Below are positions 1 through 10,152 of a stretch of 46,644 nt of DNA, in pieces. The notes beneath the pieces were generated by a model, which saw only the letters and a list, made by a program, of their open reading frames with translations, did not search any database and had not been told where the DNA came from. Numbering within the stretch: the stretch's first letter is position 1; every line of letters starts with the position of its first letter. Position numbers and translations under genes: made by a program. The DNA is from Crocinitomicaceae bacterium (lineage in GTDB: Bacteria > Bacteroidota > Bacteroidia > Flavobacteriales_D > CAJJDF01), in the NCBI GenBank assembly GCA_024639505.1, contig JAHEIE010000024.1, positions 1 through 46,644 of the forward strand, read 5' to 3'.

Positions 1-584
1 AAATTGGAGATACAAACCCTGCCCTCGAAAACAAATTAATGGATGTTTCTGGCGAAGAAATTTACATCGAAGAATTAGGAAAAAAGAACGGAACTTTATT
101 GATTTTTTCTTGCAATACTTGCCCGTTTGTAGTTGGAAATGGCGAAAAATCACAAGGATGGGAAAATAGATACAATGACATCCAAGCAATGGCAACCAAA
201 CTAGAAATAGGTTTTGCTTTGATAAACTCTAACGAAGCAAAAAGAAGCGGAGAAGACTCTTTTGACAACATGATTTTACATGCAAAAGAAAGAGGATACA
301 ATGGAATTAAATACCTCGTTGACAGCAAACATGCTGTTGCAGATGCTTATAGCGCCATGACAACTCCACACGTATATTTATTCAATGCGAACAACGAGCT
401 TGTGTACACAGGTGCAATTGACGACAATGTGGATTCTAAAGAAGAGGTAAAAGAACATTGGTTGGCTGATGCAATGAAAGAATTGGCAGAAGGAAAGGAA
501 ATCACCAAACCAATTACCAAAAACATGGGATGTTCAATAAAAAGAGTTAAAAAAGAAGATGCTCACCATGGTCATGATCACTAA
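1..584 (+). CDS. Thioredoxin-fold redoxin (AhpC/TSA, PRX-like1 type), 5'-truncated by the window edge
   Basis: The frame is open from position 3 (IGDTNPALENKLM...), so the true start lies upstream of the window. Motifs SCNTCPFV, TPHVYLF, YTGAIDD and C-terminal GCSIK; His-rich tail HHGHDH. Confidence 0.85.
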   Translation, partial: IGDTNPALENKLMDVSGEEIYIEELGKKNGTLLIFSCNTCPFVVGNGEKSQGWENRYNDIQAMATKLEIGFALINSNEAKRSGEDSFDNMILHAKERGYNGIKYLVDSKHAVADAYSAMTTPHVYLFNANNELVYTGAIDDNVDSKEEVKEHWLADAMKELAEGKEITKPITKNMGCSIKRVKKEDAHHGHDH

Positions 585-607
585 ATCAAAACTAAATAGT
601 TTTACAC

Positions 608-637
608 AGCCTCGATGATTTATCGGGGCTTTTTTTT
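608..637 (+). terminator. Rho-independent terminator
   Basis: Stem AGCCTCGAT/ATCGGGGCT (one G-U pair) followed by a T tract, just after the redoxin stop. Confidence 0.8.
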
Positions 638-736
638 GTCAAATTTTGTTCAACCTCAAATAACCTTTAATAAATGAAAAGAAAAATTCATCTTTACATG
701 TTACATTTCGTACATTTATTAAACCAAAAATCACGA

Positions 737-1975
737 ATGAAAACAGAAATAATCTCAATAGGAGACGAACTACTTATAGGTCAAACTATCAACACCAATG
801 CATCTTGGATGGGTCAAGAATTGGCTAAAATTGGAATCAAAAACAACCGAACGATTACCATTTCGGATACCGAAGAAGAAATTCATGAGGCTTTAAAAGG
901 AGCCGAATCGTACGCAGATTTAATTTTAATAACTGGAGGGCTAGGCCCAACAAAAGACGATATCACAAAAAAAGTTTTGTGCGATTATTTTGACACCGAA
1001 CTTGAACTGAATCAGGAGGTTTTAACAGATATTCAAGCTTATTTTAAATTGAGAAATAAACCTTTTTTAGAAACAAATAACATGCAAGCAATGCTTCCAA
1101 AAGCATGCACGGTTTTGAGGAACTCAATGGGAACAGCAAGCGGAATGTGGTTCGAGAGAAATGGAAAAGTGTTCGTTTCTATGCCTGGCGTACCTTACGA
1201 AATGAAACACTTAATGGAAACAGGAGTATTTCCGAAAGTAAAAGAAACATTTCAGCTTCAGGAGCTAGCACACAGAACCATACTCACCCACGGAATTGGA
1301 GAATCATTCTTGGCAGAGATAATAATGGATTGGGAAAATAGATTGAGAGAATCCAATTTAGAAATGGCTTATTTACCCTCTCCGGGATTAGTAAAACTAA
1401 GAGTAACAAGCAATACTGGCGACACAAATAAGGTGAATTTATTCTGTGATGAATTGTACCAAATTATACCCGAATACATTTTTGGAGAAGGAACCATAAC
1501 TATGGAAGAAACCTTAGCTAATTTATTATTAGAAAAAAATGCAACCATTTCTTTAGCAGAAAGTTGTACAGGCGGTTATGCTTCTCATCTACTTACCAAA
1601 ATCCCAGGAAGTTCTTCTTTTTACGAGGGAAGTATCATTTGCTATTCCTACGACATCAAAGAAAAAGAACTGAACGTGCCAAAATCTGTTTTACTTAATA
1701 AAGGAGCAGTGAGCCAAGAAGTTGTGGAGATACTGAGCGAAGAAATAAGAAAAAAATACAACACAGATTATTCTATCTCTATATCAGGAATCGCAGGACC
1801 TTCTGGAGGAACAGAAGACAAACCATTAGGAACGGTTTGGATTTCGGCAAGGAGTAAAGAAAAAGTAGTTTCAAAGAAATTTAACTTTGGGAATAATCGA
1901 GAGCGAAACATCTCGCAATCGGCAGTTGCAGGATTTAATTTATTGAGAAAATTAATCCTCATGGAAGAGAAATAA
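737..1975 (+). CDS. cinA: Competence/damage-inducible protein CinA (MocF-like domain plus PncC NMN-deamidase domain)
   Basis: MKTEIISIGDELLIGQ, TGGLGPTKDDIT, PGVPYEM, AESCTGG and GIAGPSGG. Start moved from 674 to the ATG at 737, where family similarity begins. Confidence 0.93.
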   Translation: MKTEIISIGDELLIGQTINTNASWMGQELAKIGIKNNRTITISDTEEEIHEALKGAESYADLILITGGLGPTKDDITKKVLCDYFDTELELNQEVLTDIQAYFKLRNKPFLETNNMQAMLPKACTVLRNSMGTASGMWFERNGKVFVSMPGVPYEMKHLMETGVFPKVKETFQLQELAHRTILTHGIGESFLAEIIMDWENRLRESNLEMAYLPSPGLVKLRVTSNTGDTNKVNLFCDELYQIIPEYIFGEGTITMEETLANLLLEKNATISLAESCTGGYASHLLTKIPGSSSFYEGSIICYSYDIKEKELNVPKSVLLNKGAVSQEVVEILSEEIRKKYNTDYSISISGIAGPSGGTEDKPLGTVWISARSKEKVVSKKFNFGNNRERNISQSAVAGFNLLRKLILMEEK

Positions 1976-1987
1976 AACAAATACAAC

Positions 1988-3382
1988 ATGAAAAATCCAC
2001 ATCAAATTCTTTTCGATTTACAAAAAGCTTTTTTTCAAAAAGAACTAAAAACTAGTTCAATTAACGAACGATTAAAAAAGCTAAAATCACTTAAAAAATG
2101 GATCGTAAATAACGAAAAATTCATTTGCGAAGATATTTACAAGGATTTTGAAAAAGGCAGAGAAGAAGTTTTATTGACTGAAATAAAACCAATTATAGAT
2201 GAAATAAAACAACACATCTCGCACCTCGCAGAATGGAGTGAAGCAAAAACAGTTTCGGCTCCCTTGGCGTTTTGGGGTACAAAATCTCACATAAAGTACG
2301 AACCAAAAGGAGTTACTTTGATCATCGCTCCGTGGAACTATCCATTTAATTTATGTATTGGACCGCTGGTTTCGGCTATTGGAGCTGGATGCACTGCTAT
2401 TTTGAAACCAAGCGAACACACACCTAATACAGCTAATCTTATCGAAAAAATGATTTCGGAGTTATTTCATGAAAAAGAAATTTCGGTTGTGAAAGGAGGA
2501 GTTTCTGTATCTTCTGATTTGCTGGAACTACCTTTTGATCACATATTTTTTACTGGTAGTCCGCTGGTGGGAAAAATTGTGATGTCTGCAGCTTCCAAAA
2601 ACCTAACCTCGGTGACTCTAGAACTGGGAGGAAGAAACCCTACGATTGTAGATGAAACGGCTAATTTAAAAGACACTGCACAAAAAATTGTTTGGGGAAA
2701 ATTTATCAACTCAGGACAAACCTGCATTGCGCCAAACTACATTTTGGTTCACCAAAGTAAAGCTGCAGACCTAAAGAAAAAATTAATTGAACAGATTGAA
2801 ATTCAATTCCCTATTTCTGACAAAACAAGAACCAAAATTGTAAACTCATTGCACTTTGGAAGATTAACCTCTTTATTGGAAAACACACTAAACAATGGAG
2901 GAAAGTTAATTCATGGTGGAGAAAATGATACCGAAACAAACTTTCTTTCTCCTACCCTTTTGGATTCCATTTCTATAGAAAACCCGATTTTTCAGGAAGA
3001 AATTTTTGGACCTCTTCTTCCGATTATGACTTACAATAATTTGACTGAAGTGGTCGACATCATAAATAATACAGAGAAACCTTTGGCTCTTTATTTATTT
3101 AGTAAATCAAGTAAAAACCAAAATTTCATCTTGAATAATACGAGTGCTGGAACAACTGCTATAAATGAAACAACGGTTCAGTTCGCACAACCCCACTTAC
3201 CTTTTGGAGGAGTAAATCACAGCGGAATAGGAAAAGCGCATGGCGAATTTGGGTTTCAAGAATTTTCTAATTCTAGATCTGTACTGAAACAAAGAGTTGG
3301 ATTTACTACGCTCAAAACTATTTCACCTCCTTACACCAACTTCAAAAAGAAACTGATTCGGTTTATTACTTTCAAAGTTTAA
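1988..3382 (+). CDS. NAD(P)-dependent aldehyde dehydrogenase (ALDH3/fatty-aldehyde-like)
   Basis: PWNYP, LKPSE, FFTGS, TLELGG, catalytic GQTCIAP, EEIFGP and PFGGVNHSGIG motifs. Confidence 0.93.
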   Translation: MKNPHQILFDLQKAFFQKELKTSSINERLKKLKSLKKWIVNNEKFICEDIYKDFEKGREEVLLTEIKPIIDEIKQHISHLAEWSEAKTVSAPLAFWGTKSHIKYEPKGVTLIIAPWNYPFNLCIGPLVSAIGAGCTAILKPSEHTPNTANLIEKMISELFHEKEISVVKGGVSVSSDLLELPFDHIFFTGSPLVGKIVMSAASKNLTSVTLELGGRNPTIVDETANLKDTAQKIVWGKFINSGQTCIAPNYILVHQSKAADLKKKLIEQIEIQFPISDKTRTKIVNSLHFGRLTSLLENTLNNGGKLIHGGENDTETNFLSPTLLDSISIENPIFQEEIFGPLLPIMTYNNLTEVVDIINNTEKPLALYLFSKSSKNQNFILNNTSAGTTAINETTVQFAQPHLPFGGVNHSGIGKAHGEFGFQEFSNSRSVLKQRVGFTTLKTISPPYTNFKKKLIRFITFKV

Positions 3383-3425
3383 CACTTACTTTTATAAAAA
3401 AAGAGTAAATCCTAAAAAAAAGCCG

Positions 3426-3433
3426 TACATTTG
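3426..3433 (+). promoter_or_regulatory. Bacteroidota sigmaA -7 box upstream of guaB
   Basis: TACATTTG matches TAnnTTTG, 27 nt before the ATG at 3461. Confidence 0.6.
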
Positions 3434-3460
3434 CATGCAATTACAGAAAAACAAACGACC

Positions 3461-4927
3461 ATGTCTCATTCTAAAATTGTACAAGAAGGACTTACCTACG
3501 ATGATGTTCTCTTAATACCAGCTTATTCCAATGTCTTGCCAAATGCAGTAACATTAGAAAGCAAAATCACCAAAAACATAACGATAAAAACTCCTATCCT
3601 ATCTGCCGCGATGGATACGGTTACTGAATCTGAATTGGCGATTGCAATTGCTCAGCAAGGAGGAATTGGGATAATTCACAAAAACATGTCGGCTGAATCA
3701 CAAGCAAAAGAGGTAAGAAAGGTAAAAAGAAGCGAAAGCGGAATGATTACCGATCCTGTAACTTTAACTTCCAAGGCTACTGTAGGAGATGCCTTAAACT
3801 TGATGGCTGAATTCAAAATTGGAGGAATTCCAATTGTAGATGAAAATGGAGCTTTGAAAGGAATTGTGACAAACAGAGACTTGAGGTTTGAAAAAGAAAA
3901 TTCGAAAAAAATTACAGAAGTAATGACCTCGGAAAAATTGGTAACTGCTATGAATGAAATTTCATTGGTAGAAGCTGAAAAAATTCTTCAACAACATAAA
4001 ATTGAAAAATTACTAATTGTAGATAATTCAAATAAACTAACTGGATTAATCACATACCGAGATATTATTAAAGTAAAAAAACACCCAAACTCTTGCAAGG
4101 ATGAGCAAGGAAGATTAAGAGTAGGTGCAGCAGTTGGAGTAACTCATGATACTTTGGAAAGAGTTGCTGCATTAGTTGGCGCAGGAGTAGATGCAATAGT
4201 TATTGATACGGCTCATGGTCATTCTCAAGGAGTAATTGATAAGCTTAAATTGGTAAAAGAAAACTATCCAAAGCTACAAGTAATTGTAGGAAATATTGCG
4301 ACAGCAGAAGCGGCAAGAATGCTAGTAAATGCCGGTGCAGATGCAGTAAAAGTAGGGATTGGACCTGGTTCTATTTGTACTACTCGAATAATTGCTGGTG
4401 TGGGAGTTCCACAATTGTCTGCTATTATGAATGTAGCCGAAGAACTAAAAGGTACAGGAGTTCCTGTAATTGCTGATGGAGGAATACGATTTACGGGAGA
4501 TATTGTAAAAGCAATTGCGGCTGGAGCAAGTTCTGTAATGCTAGGTTCTATGTTTGCTGGAGTGGCAGAATCACCAGGAGAAACAGTGATATACCAAGGT
4601 CGTAAATTCAAAACTTACAGAGGAATGGGATCTTTAGAAGCAATGAAAAAAGGTTCTAAAGACAGGTATTTTCAAGACAGCGAAAATGACGATAAAAAAC
4701 TAGTTCCGGAAGGAATTTCTGGGCGAGTTCCATTTAAAGGTTATTTGAGCGAAGTAATGCACCAACTAATTGGTGGATTGCGTTCTGGAATGGGATATTG
4801 CGGGGCCAAAGACATTGAATCATTGAAAGAAGCTAAGTTTATAAAAATTACCTCAGCAAGTATTCAAGAGAGTCACCCTCATGATGTTACCATTACAAGA
4901 GAAGCTCCAAACTATAGCTTAAAATAG
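3461..4927 (+). CDS. guaB: IMP dehydrogenase
   Basis: [20 protein letters not shown] pair, catalytic [11 protein letters not shown] and YRGMGS. ATG at 3461 preferred over TTG at 3431. Confidence 0.97.
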   Translation: MSHSKIVQEGLTYDDVLLIPAYSNVLPNAVTLESKITKNITIKTPILSAAMDTVTESELAIAIAQQGGIGIIHKNMSAESQAKEVRKVKRSESGMITDPVTLTSKATVGDALNLMAEFKIGGIPIVDENGALKGIVTNRDLRFEKENSKKITEVMTSEKLVTAMNEISLVEAEKILQQHKIEKLLIVDNSNKLTGLITYRDIIKVKKHPNSCKDEQGRLRVGAAVGVTHDTLERVAALVGAGVDAIVIDTAHGHSQGVIDKLKLVKENYPKLQVIVGNIATAEAARMLVNAGADAVKVGIGPGSICTTRIIAGVGVPQLSAIMNVAEELKGTGVPVIADGGIRFTGDIVKAIAAGASSVMLGSMFAGVAESPGETVIYQGRKFKTYRGMGSLEAMKKGSKDRYFQDSENDDKKLVPEGISGRVPFKGYLSEVMHQLIGGLRSGMGYCGAKDIESLKEAKFIKITSASIQESHPHDVTITREAPNYSLK

Positions 4928-5001
4928 GTTTTTCAAGTTACTTTCTATTTTTATTAAAAAAAGGGTAAATTAGCCTTTCAAATTACAAAAACAAAAAAGC
5001 A

Positions 5002-6906
5002 ATGAAGAAAACTCTTATTTTATTGATCTCTATTTTTTTATTTAATTCCATTTTGGCACAGGTAAATCCTGTTTTGCTGAAAGTTGCGGGTGAAGAAATC
5101 AGAAAAGATGAATTTCTGTATAACTACACCAAAAACAACTCGGATGTAAAGTATGATCAAGCCTCATTGGACGCTTACACCGATATGTTTGTGAAATACA
5201 AACTAAAAGTTGCAGACGCAAGAGCAGAAGGATTTGATACAATTCCAAGACTTCAGAATGAACTGAAAGGTTATGTAGAAAAATCTGCCGAGAAATATTT
5301 ATCTGACCCAAATGCAACAGATGAATTAATAAAAGAAGCATACGAAAGAAAAAAATATGAAATAAATGCTAGCCATATCCTAATCATGGAAGGAAATGCC
5401 TATGAAAAAATAATGGAAGCAAGAAAGGAGATCATGGGTGGTGCAGATTTTGAAACAGTTGCACTGAAATATTCTCAAGACCCATCGGTTCAAGAAAACA
5501 AAGGGAATTTAGGTTATTTTACCGCTTTCCAAATGGTTTATCCATTCGAAGATGCTGCATTCAACACTCCTGTAGGAAGTGTTTCTATGCCCGTAAAAAC
5601 AAGATTTGGATATCACTTGATTAAAGTAAATGACAAACGTCCTAATCCTGGTCAGGTTCAAGTGGCTCACATTTACACAAAAGTTTCTGCTGATGCAGAT
5701 GAGCAAACAAAAGCAAATGCCGAAGCCAAAAGTAGAGACATTTACAACGAATTGATGTCAGTAAAAAGAGACTTTGCAACTTTAGCAAAAGAATATTCTG
5801 ACGATAACACCTCGGCAAATAAAGGAGGAGAACTACCGATGTTTGGTTCGGGAAGAATGGTTCCTGAATTTGAAAAAGTGGCTTTTGGATTAGAGAAAAA
5901 CGGAGATATTTCTGAGCCTTTTAAAACTTCTTACGGATGGCATATTGTTAAGAAATTGAATTCACAACCGATTGGAAGTTATGACGAAATGAAAAGCGAA
6001 ATCCTTTCGAACATAAAAAGAGGTGACCGAAGTGGAAAAACGAAAGAACACTTTGTAAACAAACTAAAAGTAGAGTATAAATACAAAGACAAATCATCCA
6101 AATGGATGAGTAATAGTTTTTCAAACGAAGTGATTGGAAGATTGAAAGCAGATGATGATAAAATTGCTTTTAAATACAAAAAGGTTCCAGGATTATTCAA
6201 GCCTTCTACCAAAATAAATGTATCTGAATTTAGAAATTACCTTACCTCTCACCTACCAGCTTCTCAGCAGGATATTGAGAGCAATTACAAAGAATTTACA
6301 AACGAGTACTTTTACAACTACGAAAAATCTCAATTATTCGTAAAATACCCTGAATACAAATCTCTGGTAAAAGAATTTGAAGATGGAATCCTTTTGTTTG
6401 AAATATCTGACCAAAAGGTTTGGACAAAATCGAGCAAAGACTCATTGGGACTTGAAACATTTTTTGAATCTACTAAAAACAAATACTTGTGGAAGAAAAG
6501 AGCTGATGTTGAGATTTATTCTTCTTCTAAAAAAGAGGTTATACTAATGGCAATGAGTTTGGCAAAAGATTCGGGAAAGACTTCACGAGAGATACTTATG
6601 GCAGGAAACACTGCTTCTCAATTGGACCTAACTGTAAAAGCTGGAAAGATAGAAATTGAAGAAAATGAAATTCTATCACAGTTTGAATTGGAAAAAGGAA
6701 TTTCTGAATTGAAATTGATTGATGGAAAATATGTATTCCTAAAAGTTAACGAAATCCTTCCTTCTCAAAACAAAGAATTAAAAGAAGTAAGAGGAACTGT
6801 GATTTCTGAGTACCAACAATACTTAGAAAAAGAATGGATAAAAGAATTGAATGACAAGTATCCTGTTGAATTGAACAAGGAAGAAGTATATAATCTGAAT
6901 AAATAA
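5002..6906 (+). CDS. Periplasmic parvulin-type peptidyl-prolyl isomerase (SurA/PpiD-like, two rotamase domains)
   Basis: Signal peptide and two parvulin signatures (ASHIL...GNLGYF...FEDAAF...TRFGYHLIK; VAHI...GGEL...FEKVAF...TSYGWHIVK). Confidence 0.9.
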   Translation: MKKTLILLISIFLFNSILAQVNPVLLKVAGEEIRKDEFLYNYTKNNSDVKYDQASLDAYTDMFVKYKLKVADARAEGFDTIPRLQNELKGYVEKSAEKYLSDPNATDELIKEAYERKKYEINASHILIMEGNAYEKIMEARKEIMGGADFETVALKYSQDPSVQENKGNLGYFTAFQMVYPFEDAAFNTPVGSVSMPVKTRFGYHLIKVNDKRPNPGQVQVAHIYTKVSADADEQTKANAEAKSRDIYNELMSVKRDFATLAKEYSDDNTSANKGGELPMFGSGRMVPEFEKVAFGLEKNGDISEPFKTSYGWHIVKKLNSQPIGSYDEMKSEILSNIKRGDRSGKTKEHFVNKLKVEYKYKDKSSKWMSNSFSNEVIGRLKADDDKIAFKYKKVPGLFKPSTKINVSEFRNYLTSHLPASQQDIESNYKEFTNEYFYNYEKSQLFVKYPEYKSLVKEFEDGILLFEISDQKVWTKSSKDSLGLETFFESTKNKYLWKKRADVEIYSSSKKEVILMAMSLAKDSGKTSREILMAGNTASQLDLTVKAGKIEIEENEILSQFELEKGISELKLIDGKYVFLKVNEILPSQNKELKEVRGTVISEYQQYLEKEWIKELNDKYPVELNKEEVYNLNK

Positions 6907-6933
6907 AAGGAACAAACTTCTTCTTATCCCTAC

Positions 6934-6965
6934 AAAAAAAGCCACTCAATGAGTAGCTTTTTTTT
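6934..6965. terminator. Bidirectional intrinsic terminator between convergent genes
   Basis: A7-GCCACTC-AAT-GAGTAGC-T8 hairpin with A and T tracts on either side. Confidence 0.75.
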
Positions 6966-6984
6966 GGAATGTGATTTTGATAAA

Positions 6985-8460
6985 TTAGAATCTAAAACCT
7001 GCAGTTACCATAAAATTATTGATGTATCTATCAGTAATAATTGGCTCTACCAGCTCAGGATCGTACAAGTATGATTCCTCTTGCCATTGAGTTCTCAGAA
7101 AGGTAAAGTCCAAAGAAAAACTTTGGTTTTTGAATCCAATTCCTCCAGAGATGTTTGTTCTAGAATTATCTACAAGCGACACTTCATCTTTTATTGGAGA
7201 ACCAAAATATGCATATCCTCCTCTAACAGTCCAATGGTTTGTGACTCTATACTCTCCTCCAACTTTTAAGATATTTGCTGTCTGATAAATATCATTTACC
7301 GTATTATTTTCAATGTCAAAATTGTAAGGATTTAAATCGCCCTGCGCTCCATTAAAACTTGCGTTAGAATAGTCTATTAATTCATATTCCATAGAAATAA
7401 GCCCTCTTTTTTTGTACAAAAAAGCTGCACTAGCAATCAATCTTCCTGGAGTACGCAATCTATAATCGTATATTCCTTCGGGCGATTCTGCTCTTTCGTT
7501 ATAAAAGTTATCTATAAAATTGGAAGTAAAATTCGTGTTGTAAGAATCGCTCATACTGTACCAAGTTGGTGTATGAACAGCCAAACCAAATCGTACTGAT
7601 TTTACAGGCACAAAAATAGCTCCTAACTTAATATTAAATCCACTACCGGTAGTACTCACGTTTTCTTCAAATGTATAGTTTTCGGTATCCAATACGGCAT
7701 CTGGATTGGCAAAAGTCTCGGTAAAAGTTCTGGTAGAATTGTATCGAATTCGAGGAAATCCTATACTACCTCCCACGTATAATTTACCGTCATAATTTCC
7801 ACTAAAAGTAATGTCTGTTTGGTATTGAGCACCTCTTGTGGTTGTTTTACTTCTTTGGTTTATTTCCGAATTTGCAGTATCGTACCACGGAACATACAAA
7901 TTTGATATTGAATCGAACAATAAAAGATTGGCATCAAAAGCTTGCCCTTCGTAAAAATCTGAAAGTCCAGACAACGGAATATTATTATTGTTGAGATAAT
8001 TGGTATAAGAAAGCAACATGGAGTTATCATTGATACCTTCTACTCGCGTTCTTCCATGAAAATCATTTGTTCTATTTGTACTAATTCCTACCTGAAAATA
8101 TCGCCACATACTTGCTTTGTTAAAATCTATTGGAACCGCAAACACTACTCCGATGTTAGGGATATTAAAATTCCCTTTGGTATCCGAGTTAAATGAATTG
8201 TTATACTCTGATTCTGCTCCAGCAAAAGTTACATTTCCTGTAAAACTGAAGTCTGATCTACTGTATCGTCCCATTCCCGCAGGATTAATACTTATTGCCG
8301 ACATATCAGCTCCTAGCGCCCCCATTGCTCCACCCAAACCGTTAAACCTAGCAGTTCCTCCGTAGTTCAAATAACTATACCGCAAGGCATCTGTCTCATT
8401 CTGGGAGTAGCCAAATATTGCCACAGAAATCCCAACAAGAGTTGTTAATATCCTTTTCAT
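6985..8460 (-). CDS. Outer-membrane beta-barrel, OmpP1/FadL/TodX-like
   Basis: Signal peptide, GTARFNGLGGAMGALGADMSAISINPAG hatch motif, alternating beta-strands and terminal GFRF. Confidence 0.8.
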   Translation of the reverse strand: MKRILTTLVGISVAIFGYSQNETDALRYSYLNYGGTARFNGLGGAMGALGADMSAISINPAGMGRYSRSDFSFTGNVTFAGAESEYNNSFNSDTKGNFNIPNIGVVFAVPIDFNKASMWRYFQVGISTNRTNDFHGRTRVEGINDNSMLLSYTNYLNNNNIPLSGLSDFYEGQAFDANLLLFDSISNLYVPWYDTANSEINQRSKTTTRGAQYQTDITFSGNYDGKLYVGGSIGFPRIRYNSTRTFTETFANPDAVLDTENYTFEENVSTTGSGFNIKLGAIFVPVKSVRFGLAVHTPTWYSMSDSYNTNFTSNFIDNFYNERAESPEGIYDYRLRTPGRLIASAAFLYKKRGLISMEYELIDYSNASFNGAQGDLNPYNFDIENNTVNDIYQTANILKVGGEYRVTNHWTVRGGYAYFGSPIKDEVSLVDNSRTNISGGIGFKNQSFSLDFTFLRTQWQEESYLYDPELVEPIITDRYINNFMVTAGFRF

Positions 8461-8493
8461 TGTGTTTGTTTTTAAAAAATAAATTGAATACGC

Positions 8494-10029
8494 TTATCTT
8501 CTACCTCCTCTCGAAGAAGAAGAGGAAGAACTTCTACTACTTCCACCTGAACTTCTAGAAGGAGATGAGCTTCTCATTGATGGAGAACTACTTCTGCTCG
8601 GTGTGCTACTTCTGCTCGGAGAACTACTTCTACTTGGTGTGTAGCTTCTATTTCTTGAAGGAGCCGTTCTACTTGGTGTGTAGCCACTATTCCTAGATGG
8701 TGTTGCTGATCTAGGAGAAGGAGTGTAACTTCTATTTGGTGTACTTGTACGCGACCTTGAATTCACCGATGGCGAAGTTCTTCTTGGAGCACTAGAACCC
8801 ACAGTTGCTCTTGAAGGCGAACCTATAGCCACTCGGTTAGGAGTTGCCGTTCTTGGGTTTCTGGATGGAGTACTCGTCCTAGGAACTGATGTTCTTGGTG
8901 TAGACGTTCTTGGTGTGCTCGAGTTTGGCAAAGTCGCTCTTGAAGGAACTGATGTTCTTGCAGGAGCTGTTCTTACAGTTGTAGAAGTATTTGGCCTAGA
9001 TGTTCTAGGAGTTGTAACATTTGTTGCTGGTCTAGAATTTCTAACCTCACTTGATCTGCTCTGCACTTCCCTACTCGAGTTTCTCAAAGTAGAAGTTCTT
9101 GCTGAGGAATTATCTAATCTCACCGAACTGTTTCTTGGTTCCGATGCATTTCTGTCAACAACCTCTGGTCCTCTTCCGGTTTCTTCTCTTCTCATAGAAA
9201 AACCTTCAGACTGCGAACCAGTATAAGCTGTTGTATTATCTTTTGTAGCTATTCTCGAAGAATTATATCCTCTAGCGTTAGATCTTCTGTCTCCATAGAC
9301 TGAAGAAACTCTCGTGCTACTTCCTCTACTTCCTCTGTGACCATATGAAATACCACGCGAATTAGATTCAAATCCATTTCCATTGGCAGCCATAACTCCG
9401 TGATTAAACCCTTGGTTGTAAGCCCAACCATTATTGTTCCATCCATTATTCCAACCGTTGTTCCAATGATTAAATCCCCAACCGTTGTATATGTATGGAT
9501 TATAGTGGTTCCATCCGCCCCAAGCATAAGAATTATTCCAACCGCCACCCCAGCCATTGTTCCATCTATTCCAACGATTAAATCCATATGGATTTCCCCA
9601 ACCTACGTTGTATCCTACTCCCCAACCGTTCCATGAATTCCAACCTACATTCCAACCTGGGATACCCCAAGAGTTCCAACCGTTGTTCCAATAAGGATCA
9701 TTCCATCCATTATTCACATTGTTAAACCTATTAAATCTATCGGAATACTGATAATTTCCACCGTAATAATTATTGGTAATGTATGTATTACCTTGCAAAG
9801 AATCCTTTGTAGAGTTGTAAGAAGGATCATAATACTCATCTTGCTCTATCCAAGTTCCAGGATCTTCTCCTTTTACATATTCATTTGAGTTCGACTCAGA
9901 GGAAGAAGTCGAAAACACAGTATTTGTATTGTCTGAATATACGTCATCAAAATCGTCAAATCCTTCTTGAGAAAAAGATTGAGCACATAAAAATGCGAGG
10001 GCCGAGAGTAATAGATAGTTGAATTTCAT
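8494..10029 (-). CDS. Exported low-complexity protein: acidic DDVY N-terminus, G/W/N/Y-rich middle, R/S/T/P-rich disordered tail
   Basis: Long ORF with signal peptide [23 protein letters not shown] at 10029 preferred over GTG at 10035. Ends 33 nt before the FadL-like gene on the same strand. Confidence 0.8.
   Translation of the reverse strand: MKFNYLLLSALAFLCAQSFSQEGFDDFDDVYSDNTNTVFSTSSSESNSNEYVKGEDPGTWIEQDEYYDPSYNSTKDSLQGNTYITNNYYGGNYQYSDRFNRFNNVNNGWNDPYWNNGWNSWGIPGWNVGWNSWNGWGVGYNVGWGNPYGFNRWNRWNNGWGGGWNNSYAWGGWNHYNPYIYNGWGFNHWNNGWNNGWNNNGWAYNQGFNHGVMAANGNGFESNSRGISYGHRGSRGSSTRVSSVYGDRRSNARGYNSSRIATKDNTTAYTGSQSEGFSMRREETGRGPEVVDRNASEPRNSSVRLDNSSARTSTLRNSSREVQSRSSEVRNSRPATNVTTPRTSRPNTSTTVRTAPARTSVPSRATLPNSSTPRTSTPRTSVPRTSTPSRNPRTATPNRVAIGSPSRATVGSSAPRRTSPSVNSRSRTSTPNRSYTPSPRSATPSRNSGYTPSRTAPSRNRSYTPSRSSSPSRSSTPSRSSSPSMRSSSPSRSSGGSSRSSSSSSSRGGRR
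8582..8653. repeat. Four imperfect 18-nt tandem repeats within the low-complexity gene (encoding SRSS[ST]P-type units)
   Basis: GGAGAACTACTTCTGCTC / GGTGTGCTACTTCTGCTC / GGAGAACTACTTCTACTT / GGTGTGTAGCTTCTATTT. Confidence 0.8.
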
Positions 10030-10094
10030 AGTCACTGTGTTTTTTTGGTGTATACCTTTCTTTGTAATTCACCTCTAAATTACGATAATTTATC

Positions 10095-10102
10095 TAAATT
10101 TG
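10095..10102 (+). promoter_or_regulatory. -7 box upstream of proS
   Basis: TAAATTTG (TAnnTTTG), 50 nt before the ATG at 10153. Confidence 0.5.
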
Positions 10103-10152
10103 AAGGCATCAATTTATGTCAAAAACACAAATACTGTGCCACAAATACAATT

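Noticed and set aside
8582-8653. CRISPR array
   Set aside because: These are in-frame coding repeats without spacers, and there are no cas genes in the window.
8915-9636. Alternative-frame and antisense ORFs (8915-9226, 9249-9587, 9400-9636)
   Set aside because: They are shadows of the low-complexity codon repeats in the real 8494-10029 gene and have no independent motifs.
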